Assembly: GCA_046318155.1 (NCBI GenBank)
Contig: JBKCUU010000011.1
Span: forward strand, 1-64,000
Origin: Bdellovibrio sp.
GTDB taxonomy: Bacteria; Bdellovibrionota; Bdellovibrionia; Bdellovibrionales; Bdellovibrionaceae
Direction of reading: 5' to 3'
DNA length: 64,000 nucleotides
Shown: in pieces, positions 56,715-64,000 of the stretch
Layout: every line of letters starts with the position of its first letter
Position numbering within the stretch: position 1 is the first letter of the stretch
Translations under genes and position numbers: made by a program
The notes under the pieces: generated by a model
What the model was told of the DNA's origin: nothing
Database searches by the model: none
What the model saw: the letters and a program-made list of their open reading frames with translations, nothing else

Positions 56715-58925
56715 TTAGAAAACCTGTTCGATCCCCACCATCACGCTTTGGGGTTTGCCCGGACGCAAACCGAAGGGACGCCAAGAAACGGCGTACTCTT
56801 TGCCCAGAAGATTGTCGACCCGAGCAAACAGATGGCCCTGCCTGGTGTACTGATACCGCGTGTTCCAGTCGATGATACCGTAGGCTGGCAGTTGCAGTCG
56901 CCCTTGGCTGACCGACTGGTCATAGACCGCGCTCGTGTATTGAAAGAGCAGCTCTTGTTGCCATTTGCGAAATTCGGTTCCAAAGGCCAAGGTTCCCTGA
57001 AAAGCAGGGATGTAAGGAAGCGGATCCCCGGATTGAATTTGGCCCGTACCCCATTCTGGATTTTTGGATTCACTGTTCTCGGCAAACTGCGCCGAGAGCC
57101 AAGTCATATTCGCGCGGATTGGAAGTCCTAGAGAACCATAACGAAAGCGTTTGGCGAGTCGTCCTTCAAGGCCATACACCTTAGCTTTACCGCCCGAGTA
57201 CTCTTCATTGAGTTGATCATTGGTCGAGCCCGAAGCAAAGCTCGCGGTGCCTTTGATATTTTGGTAATCGTTAAAAAAGCCTGCAAGCTCAGCTTGAACT
57301 TCAAGATCTTCATTCAAATAACGAGAGAACACTTCATAGTTGATGCTCTGTTCAGGATCCTCATCATCAACGGCGTTGACGCCAACCAGAGTCAGTCCGC
57401 GAGCCACGGTGGATCCCACTGTCCAATTGTCGGTGACTTTGTAGGCCAGCCCCGCGCCGGGCGCAAAACCCTCAACGGATTTGGACTCAGATTCGCCGCT
57501 GAGATCATTGTTCATTGCGTACTCAACCGATTCGGCTCGGCCCATGAACTGAAATCTCCAGCGGCGAATATCCATCTCGTAGCCCACACCCAAGGTTCGC
57601 GCCGAGGCCGAATCACGGTTTTGCGCGGTTAGTAGCGAGGTGGGCGTCACCCGCTCGAGCTGGCCTTGAGTCATCGAAAAATAGTCGGTGCGGTGGTGAC
57701 GCTCGATCTGATCTTGGTGCAAGCGAAAGCTGACCGACAAACGGTGTTCTTTCTCGCCTTGGGTAAAGCTTTGCCAAAGTTCGGTTTGAACGCCTTGGCT
57801 ATAAAAGAAACGGTCATTTTGAATAACGGCCAAGTCTCCGCCCGTTCCAATCGAAGAGGAGTCTTCTTCGCCAGTCAGGACTTGGTAATAAGGCAACTGC
57901 CTCCCGGTAGGATTTCGCATGACTTGGTCGATGCTCATCGCCTGATTTCGAAATCCGTTCAGGCGGTTCCAATTACGATGAAAATCGTGACGGTAAGCGG
58001 TCGCTTTGATGGTCCCCTGACCTAAGAGCTGCTGGTAATCAAACTGAAGACGCGTGTGTTTCCAGCGCATCTCATCTTGAGCGCTCGAGGCGTAACGGCG
58101 AAACGGATCTTGGGCAAAATCATTGGCGGTCAGGCCCGTGTAGGTCTCATCCGAAATTTCATCGGCGTAGCCCAGTTTAAATCCCACTTTGGCTTGGTGG
58201 CTCGCTCCCGGCAGTTCGTACTCGGATTTCATCAAGAGATCATTTTTTGAAAAACCCGTGGACTTATCATCGGGAAGTTTTTTGAAGCCATTCGACTCGG
58301 CTTTTGAAACATTAAGCAAACCCGCCAACCCGTTCGATTTGCCGCCGCCTTCGAGCAAATAAATTTGCTGACCAAAGGATCCACCCGAAACTTGGGCGCG
58401 CGTTTGATTTTGCAGCGGAATGGGGCGCGTGCGGTAATTGATTGCGCCGCCAATTGAGTTCGGACCATACGGAACGGCGGCAAGTCCCTTCATGACTTCG
58501 AGGTTACCCGTATGAAGCATCGAGGGCGAGTAGTAAGCAGCAGGAGCGGCGTAAGGTGCGGGTCCAATCAGAACGCCGTCTTCGAGGAGCACCACTTTGC
58601 GCGAGCGGTGGGGATGGGTTCCGCGTAAACCAATGTTGGGGCGAAGACCCATGCCATCTTCTTCTTGAATCTGAACACCCGGAACCTGCTTCAGAGCACG
58701 GTTCACGTCTTGAATTTTTTGATTTTGTAAAACCTGAGATCCTACGGTTTGCGAGGCCGACACTTGATCAAGACGTTCGCGGTTATCAAGAATCCGGATC
58801 GTCTCCAGCGTCGTCGTTTTGCTGTCTGCGGGAGCCGAGAGGGCGGCGTCTGGCATTTTCTCGATGGAAGTCGACTGGGCCCACAGGGGTGATGGAAGAA
58901 GAGAAAAAAGTAAAATGATCATCAT
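56715..58925 (-). CDS. TonB-dependent receptor (FecA-like Fe3+ family)
   Basis: Plug VPGV...EEDG.GLRPNIGLRG...RS.KV.LLEDG, APYAAPAAYY; C-terminal DNLL...RPG...F. Confidence 0.93.
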   Translation of the reverse strand: MMIILLFSLLPSPLWAQSTSIEKMPDAALSAPADSKTTTLETIRILDNRERLDQVSASQTVGSQVLQNQKIQDVNRALKQVPGVQIQEEDGMGLRPNIGLRGTHPHRSRKVVLLEDGVLIGPAPYAAPAAYYSPSMLHTGNLEVMKGLAAVPYGPNSIGGAINYRTRPIPLQNQTRAQVSGGSFGQQIYLLEGGGKSNGLAGLLNVSKAESNGFKKLPDDKSTGFSKNDLLMKSEYELPGASHQAKVGFKLGYADEISDETYTGLTANDFAQDPFRRYASSAQDEMRWKHTRLQFDYQQLLGQGTIKATAYRHDFHRNWNRLNGFRNQAMSIDQVMRNPTGRQLPYYQVLTGEEDSSSIGTGGDLAVIQNDRFFYSQGVQTELWQSFTQGEKEHRLSVSFRLHQDQIERHHRTDYFSMTQGQLERVTPTSLLTAQNRDSASARTLGVGYEMDIRRWRFQFMGRAESVEYAMNNDLSGESESKSVEGFAPGAGLAYKVTDNWTVGSTVARGLTLVGVNAVDDEDPEQSINYEVFSRYLNEDLEVQAELAGFFNDYQNIKGTASFASGSTNDQLNEEYSGGKAKVYGLEGRLAKRFRYGSLGLPIRANMTWLSAQFAENSESKNPEWGTGQIQSGDPLPYIPAFQGTLAFGTEFRKWQQELLFQYTSAVYDQSVSQGRLQLPAYGIIDWNTRYQYTRQGHLFARVDNLLGKEYAVSWRPFGLRPGKPQSVMVGIEQVF

Positions 58926-60352
58926 GGGCGGGCCTCGTTTTTAGCAGCGGCGTCTTTCAAGGCAACGACCGGTCTGGGGGCTGTCGGCTGTTTTGAAGGC
59001 GCGGGGAGAATCCAATTTTTTTGTGTGAGCCGGTCGGCCTGTGTCGTGAGATCCACTTTGGGATCAATCATCAATTGCGCGGGCCGCGAATTGAGTGAAA
59101 CCCAAGCCTCGGCATAAACGGCGACATCAAAACCTTTGCCTTTAAAATCATCACGAATCAAATGAGCCATTTGTAAAATTAAATCGGGTTGGCCCGACAT
59201 CTCGAGCTCTTGGTGCTGTGCTAAGTATTGGGCCGGCGACACGTCCCAAGTTCGATCAGACTTTCGGTCGACCACTTTAAAGGTCACTTGACCATTCTTC
59301 TCTCGAACCATCACCTTCCAAGAAAAACGCATGCCTTCTTCCGACCACAACAAGTGACTGTCATAGGCCAGGTGCCTGAGCGGCATTAAAAATTGGAAGC
59401 AAACCCACGAGCCAATTCCGGCCTGGAGCAGAAAACCTCGGGCTCTGGACAAGCTCGGCGCGGTCGAAGTTACGCTTGGGGCTGAGACTGAATCTCGATC
59501 CACCCGCCAAGGCGTCAAGGTTTGGAGATGTGCCGCAAGCTGAAGCGGCCACGTTGGCGAAAAGAAGACTGTGGCCATGCCGATCATGATGAGTGGAAAG
59601 AGTCCAATCGGAAAGAACAGACTCGTCAACGCGTGAAAGACGACGATGACACCGTAAGCGACCAAACGCGTGCGCGGAATCAGCATCCAAATCCAAATCG
59701 TCGTATCAAATAAAAAGCCCGACCAGGCCATCACATACTGAACCCAAGTTTGCGTGAGCCATGTGCCGATCAAAGGGAGATCGCCTTGGGCCATCATCCA
59801 GCCGTGCATGGGCTGAGCAAAAAGCAACCAATCCGATCCGAGTTTGGCGATGCCCGCAAAAAAATAAACGGTGGCCACCTGAAACCGAAGCAAATTCAAG
59901 CACCACGCGGGTGCAGTTTTGTTTTCGGTGGTCCATCCAAAGACGACGTCAAGCGAAAGCCGGGTGTTCAAAGGTAAAAATAAATTTAAAAAGGCGAGCA
60001 GCGAAACCAGGTAGTAGTGGTTTAAGTAATTCGAGAGGTCCATCAACTCGATGTAAGTAAAACTTAAAAACAGCGCCAAGCTTGCAAAGCGGTATAAAAA
60101 TCCAAAGGCGACGGCCAAGCCACTGAGGATCCCGATCACGAACAAAGCATACACAAAAACTGGCGCGGGGACAGTGACCCAGTCAAAGCCCCAATAGCTA
60201 AAGAAGTGCGTGGGTTCAATAAACGAGCGCTCCAGCCAGCCGTTCCACCAAAAACGCGTCAAACTCCAGGCGACCAAAAGCCCAAAGTACACCCGGTAAA
60301 AAACCAGGGACGCATTATCATGAGAGCGCAGGAGCCAGGAGCTCTTAATCAT
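58922..60352 (-). CDS. HTTM-domain vitamin K-dependent gamma-carboxylase-like membrane protein
   Basis: SL..YR.YFG, YLNHYYL, YFFAGIAKLGSDW, FH...IGLFP, EEGMRFSWKVM, QPDLILQ.AH, SLNSRP; start moved to ATG 60352. Confidence 0.88.
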   Translation of the reverse strand: MIKSSWLLRSHDNASLVFYRVYFGLLVAWSLTRFWWNGWLERSFIEPTHFFSYWGFDWVTVPAPVFVYALFVIGILSGLAVAFGFLYRFASLALFLSFTYIELMDLSNYLNHYYLVSLLAFLNLFLPLNTRLSLDVVFGWTTENKTAPAWCLNLLRFQVATVYFFAGIAKLGSDWLLFAQPMHGWMMAQGDLPLIGTWLTQTWVQYVMAWSGFLFDTTIWIWMLIPRTRLVAYGVIVVFHALTSLFFPIGLFPLIMIGMATVFFSPTWPLQLAAHLQTLTPWRVDRDSVSAPSVTSTAPSLSRARGFLLQAGIGSWVCFQFLMPLRHLAYDSHLLWSEEGMRFSWKVMVREKNGQVTFKVVDRKSDRTWDVSPAQYLAQHQELEMSGQPDLILQMAHLIRDDFKGKGFDVAVYAEAWVSLNSRPAQLMIDPKVDLTTQADRLTQKNWILPAPSKQPTAPRPVVALKDAAAKNEARP

Positions 60353-61625
60353 TGTCCCCTTCGATGGTTTTCGGTGGCCGCAGGTCAAAAACGCTCAAGA
60401 ATTCGGATTTCATCAAGATGCTGACTTGGCGAATATCTTGAAAAAGAGCGCAAGCGGGAACAAGGCGCGAATCCCAAGTGGTTTTTGCGCACTCATTGGC
60501 ATCAAGGGTGGCCAAGATTGTCTGCATGGATTCATTTTGCATTTGGGTCGATTGTTTGACCGCGCGGTCAATGGCATCATGCAAACGATCAGCAACATCG
60601 GAACGGCCCAGTTTTTTAAGGCCATCATCAAGGCCAAACCCAAGCTCGTCTCGAGATTTTGCACCCCAGAATAAAATCTGAAGCATCGAGAGGTTTTCTT
60701 TGATCGCCGCAAAGCTTAAATCTGAATAGCGAAGCTCGGCTTGCTCGGGGCAGCTCGCACTCAAGCAATCTTTGTGACGTCCTAAGGGCTTTCCAAGTTT
60801 GGAGTCCTTTATGACCTCAATGCGAAAGAGATGATCAGAAAAATCATTCAAAGAGGCCTGTGCCGTTTTGTATCTTGAACCGTCGACGAGGGCTTTTGCA
60901 AAGTGCCCTTCAGCGGGGTTCCAGGCTTTCCAAAGAAGAGCCGTTTTATCCTCAAGGTCTTTGGCGAGGCCGGCGGCCATTGTACAACGCGACTGGCGTT
61001 TTTCGAGCACAGGCTTTTCGGACCAGATTTTGGTTTCGGGATAAGCTCTGGAGTTGCACACGCTGACTAAAGATTTTTCAAACAGAAGGTACTCGAGAGC
61101 TGAAAGCCCTTTGATCGTATGAAGTAAGCGGGCCGCAGGTGTGCGCTCGGTTGGTGACTGAAGAACTTCGCGGTCAATTCCACAGTAGTTCACGATCGGC
61201 CACGCATAAATATTGTCGATCAAAAAATTGCCATTGTCTTCAAGCGGACCGATGGGCGCCGCGAGCAAGGCTTGAAAACGCAAAAGAGCTGCTTTGTATT
61301 TATTTTGAAGCTCCATCCATTTTGCATCCGTCAGATTTTCGCAGGCGCCGTCCAGACCCAAGGCAAAAACCTGAGCTTCAACTTGGTACTCTTTTACTTT
61401 TTGGGTCAGTAACAGCCCCATGTTGTAGAGCATTTTTTCTTTAGTGAATTCGCCCTCATTTGGTTTTTGCAGCTCCGGAGGGAGCGGCTTTTGGGGGCCG
61501 GCGGGTGTGCCGGGCGCAGGTGGATTGTTCGCCTCGGGTTTATTGTTGTTGGTGAAGTCACTGCAAGCGACGAGGGCAAGTGTGAGAAAAAGCAGAGGCA
61601 GTTGTTTGTAGTTCAGTGAGTTCAT
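60345..61625 (-). CDS. Imelysin (peptidase M75)-family lipoprotein
   Basis: Lipobox VAC; GP, WP, KGLSALEYLLF, KLGKPLG, C-terminal EGDND. Confidence 0.82.
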   Translation of the reverse strand: MNSLNYKQLPLLFLTLALVACSDFTNNNKPEANNPPAPGTPAGPQKPLPPELQKPNEGEFTKEKMLYNMGLLLTQKVKEYQVEAQVFALGLDGACENLTDAKWMELQNKYKAALLRFQALLAAPIGPLEDNGNFLIDNIYAWPIVNYCGIDREVLQSPTERTPAARLLHTIKGLSALEYLLFEKSLVSVCNSRAYPETKIWSEKPVLEKRQSRCTMAAGLAKDLEDKTALLWKAWNPAEGHFAKALVDGSRYKTAQASLNDFSDHLFRIEVIKDSKLGKPLGRHKDCLSASCPEQAELRYSDLSFAAIKENLSMLQILFWGAKSRDELGFGLDDGLKKLGRSDVADRLHDAIDRAVKQSTQMQNESMQTILATLDANECAKTTWDSRLVPACALFQDIRQVSILMKSEFLSVFDLRPPKTIEGDND

Positions 61626-61628
61626 CCG

Positions 61629-62255
61629 TTACTCCAAGTCATAATCAAGCGGGACTAGGAAATCCCAGTAGGTACGGTTCAGTTCTTTCGGAATCGGTTC
61701 GAGGCGCGCTAAAGATTTAAGAATTTTGAGGGCATCTTGATTGATCGAATCATAGGGGCTTGCCTGGCGCAGCTCTGTGTTTTGAACTTCACCTGAAGCC
61801 AAAACTCGAAAGGTCAGAACGACGCGGCCGGTGTGTCCCAACCGGCGAGCGGCCGGTGGGTAAGTCTTTTGCTTAGCAATCTGCGTGCGAACATAATGTT
61901 CGTAGCGTGATTGAAGACTGATTTGCGAGGCCGTTTCAGCGACTTGAGATGAAGTGCCTTGCGCCGAGGGAACGTCTGCCGAAGAACTTGGACCAGAGTC
62001 CGCAGCCTGATCTAGCGCCGGAGTTGCGAGATCTGTCTTTGAGTTTGCGGTGCCTTCGATTGGCCGTGGCTTGCTGGCGACGAGTTGGTTTTTTTCGCGA
62101 ACGTCAGTCTTGAGCGGCAGCAAAGTTTGGATTTCGATGGGTTGCTGACCGGTGTTCGATAGATCCGGAAAAAATCTCAGACCGCCCATCAGGGCGACCA
62201 GAGAGACGTGCAGACCGAGCGAAAGGCCAATGGCTCCGCGCCGCTTCAACTTCAT
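61629..62255 (-). CDS. tonB: Energy transducer TonB
   Basis: TM with SLGLH; YPPAARRLGHTGRV C-terminal domain. Confidence 0.88.
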   Translation of the reverse strand: MKLKRRGAIGLSLGLHVSLVALMGGLRFFPDLSNTGQQPIEIQTLLPLKTDVREKNQLVASKPRPIEGTANSKTDLATPALDQAADSGPSSSADVPSAQGTSSQVAETASQISLQSRYEHYVRTQIAKQKTYPPAARRLGHTGRVVLTFRVLASGEVQNTELRQASPYDSINQDALKILKSLARLEPIPKELNRTYWDFLVPLDYDLE

Positions 62256-63238
62256 TTATAACCAATTTCCGAAAATATTTGGCGGGCTTGGGGAACAAAA
62301 GTTCCAATTTGCGACCAAGGAGTCGAATCCGTTTTGAAGGTGCCCCAGTCTTTGATGAAAGTATTGGGAATCAAACCTTGAATGACGGGGTAGTCCAAGT
62401 GGCCTGATGAAATTTGCAATTGAACCTCCTCGGTTAACAAGAGCTCGATAAATTTCTGCGCTAACGCTAGCTTCTGAGAAGTTTTCAAAATTCCCATGCC
62501 CGAACCATTTGTGTGAACGCCACCTTTTGATTGCTCGAGGAACTGGATTTTGACCGGGAAGTTGGGCTTTTGTGCGACGATCCCAGCCAAGTAATACGAA
62601 TTGACGATGCCAACGTCGCACACACCCGTTGCGATCGCTTCAAGTAAAGCGGTGTCATTTGGAAACACAGTCGTCGCCAAGTTCGCAATAAATCCCATCA
62701 GAATTTCTTTTGCTTTTTCTGCACCGTAAGTCGAGATCAAGTAGGCTCCAAGTGCTTCGCTATAACCTCCGCTTGAACTGCGTAGGCACAAGCGCCCTGC
62801 CCATTTTGCATCCGCGAGATCTGCATAGTTATTAATGTCAGAAGCGTTCACGCGAGAGGGGTCGAAGGCGGCCGTCCGAGCGCGGAAGGTCAGGCCGATC
62901 CAAAGATTTTGGGGGTCGCGCATGGCGGGGATGACTCGTGAGGTTTCGCGTGTGGTTGCCATGGGTTGGAACAAATTTTTTTGCGAAGCCTCAATCAAAT
63001 TCACAAGGTCCTTGGTCATGAGACTATCGGCCGGAGTCTGGCTGCCTTCAGCGGTCAGTTTTGCAATCAAAGCCGGATATCCAGCTTCGACGATGATAAC
63101 CTTCTCTCCCGTCAATGCTTGAAATTTTTGAGCAACAGGTGTGAGGCGAGCGGTGGGTCGGTCTGTGTAAAGTGTCAGGTCAGCGGTTGCCGTCTGCGCG
63201 GTCAAAGCGACCAAAAGAGCCATAGCTGTTTTTTTCAT
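62252..63238 (-). CDS. futA: Fe(III) ABC-type periplasmic binding protein (FutA/FbpA family)
   Basis: AEGSQTPAD, WIGLTFRAR, W.GRLCLR, GVCDVGIVNSYY, GVHTNGSG. Confidence 0.88.
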   Translation of the reverse strand: MKKTAMALLVALTAQTATADLTLYTDRPTARLTPVAQKFQALTGEKVIIVEAGYPALIAKLTAEGSQTPADSLMTKDLVNLIEASQKNLFQPMATTRETSRVIPAMRDPQNLWIGLTFRARTAAFDPSRVNASDINNYADLADAKWAGRLCLRSSSGGYSEALGAYLISTYGAEKAKEILMGFIANLATTVFPNDTALLEAIATGVCDVGIVNSYYLAGIVAQKPNFPVKIQFLEQSKGGVHTNGSGMGILKTSQKLALAQKFIELLLTEEVQLQISSGHLDYPVIQGLIPNTFIKDWGTFKTDSTPWSQIGTFVPQARQIFSEIGYK

Positions 63239-63338
63239 TTGCTTCTCCTGAGAGTAGAGTTAGGTTGTGCCCGATGATTTAACCGCTTTTTATCTTTCGG
63301 TGAAGGTTTGAAAAAAAACCTCGGCATTTGCAAGTCTG

Positions 63339-63367
63339 CTGACAGCCAAATGAAAGCGAAATGAAAT
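63339..63367 (-). promoter_or_regulatory. 11-bp-period direct repeats (Pho-box-like) in the futA/phnD intergenic region
   Basis: Minus strand ATTTCAT-ttcg-CTTTCAT-ttgg-CTGTCAG. Confidence 0.55.
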
Positions 63368-63377
63368 GGAGTGACGA

Positions 63378-64000
63378 ATGCCAATGATAAATGCAGTTCT
63401 AGGTCTTATCTTGATGTTTTCTTGCCACAGCATGAGCCAAACAACGAAAGAGGTTTCGACGTTCGTGATTGCTCTCAAACCTGATAAAAATCCTGAAGCC
63501 ATGATTCAAGAGCGCAAGGAGCTCGAAGCTTACTTGGCTCTAGAAACTGGACGCAAAGTTCAAGTTGTGATTCCGTTAACGGGCTCGGTCATCCAAGAGG
63601 GCTTTATCAACGGCACGATCGATCTAGCTTACGTCTCAGGACTTGAGATGGTTCGCGCCGCAAAAACGAAGGCCGCTGATCTCTTGCTCGTCACCGAGGT
63701 TGATGGGAGGACCTCCTATGAATCTTATTGGGTCAGCCTTAAAGACAAGCCCTATGCAAAAGTGCAAGACCTCAAAGGAAAGCCCGTCACTTTTGCCAGC
63801 CGTACGAGCACATCAGGCTTTTTGATTCCTATGGCCGACTTGGTGCAAAAAAAGTTGATGAAAGAAAAAGCGGCGCCCGAAGATTTCTTTGGCGCCGGCC
63901 ATGTGACTTTTGGCACAGGTTATGTCTCTGCGATTGAACGCGTGCTTGCGGGTCAATCAGAAGCCGCGGCCGTGAGTGACTATGTCATGAAAAAAGACAA
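63378..64000 (+). CDS. phnD: Phosphate/phosphite/phosphonate ABC substrate-binding protein, partial (runs off the window)
   Basis: Hand translation MPMINAVLG...ALKPDKNP...GTIDLAY...DLKGKPVTFASRTSTSGFLIP; GGAG RBS; absent from the ORF track. Confidence 0.82.
   Translation, partial: MPMINAVLGLILMFSCHSMSQTTKEVSTFVIALKPDKNPEAMIQERKELEAYLALETGRKVQVVIPLTGSVIQEGFINGTIDLAYVSGLEMVRAAKTKAADLLLVTEVDGRTSYESYWVSLKDKPYAKVQDLKGKPVTFASRTSTSGFLIPMADLVQKKLMKEKAAPEDFFGAGHVTFGTGYVSAIERVLAGQSEAAAVSDYVMKKD

Noticed and set aside
63239..63377. Canonical Fur box upstream of the iron operon
   Set aside because: No convincing GATAATGATAATCATTATC-like inverted repeat; direct repeats found instead.
1..64000. CRISPR arrays, tRNA/rRNA, riboswitches, transposases, phage genes
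   Set aside because: No regularly spaced repeats, cloverleaf or recognisable motifs seen by eye; a covariance-model search was not possible.

Overview
Gene-dense bacterial chromosomal segment with about 63 CDS. I found no rRNA, tRNA, CRISPR array, prophage or transposase. Gene content (many secreted hydrolases and lipoproteins of unknown function, a small XRE protein, ccoN-ccoO fusion, RNase Y-like protein, TolC-RND pair without adaptor) suggests a Bdellovibrio-like predatory bacterium; this is inference. Main blocks: secreted kinase-like protein and peptidases, rny-like gene, orphan crtY and trpS (1-14 kb); an FNR-type cbb3 oxidase operon joined to an ECF sigma/anti-sigma pair and a divergent OM-protein/HMA/MerT-like metal operon (14-24.7 kb); an AT-richer stretch with beta-CASP nuclease, AAA ATPase, USP and ldhA (25-32 kb); cstA, OmpA, DUF885, GST, protein glutaminase, CBS-PAS and HNH nuclease (32-42 kb); TetR-TolC-RND, SelO, MerC-like, HiPIP, fadD, bcp, kynB, cheX/cheY (42-56 kb); and a tightly coupled metal-uptake operon (Fe3+-binding protein, TonB, imelysin, vitamin K-dependent carboxylase-like HTTM protein, TonB-dependent receptor) divergent from a truncated phnD-like gene (56.7-64 kb). 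Best candidates for undescribed systems: the HTTM carboxylase-like gene inside the iron-uptake operon; the ECF-controlled metal module with two matching divergent TGTCACA-N16-CGTA promoters next to the cbb3 operon; and a 21-bp element shared upstream of HiPIP and the iron operon. All assignments come from motif recognition by eye, with no database searches.
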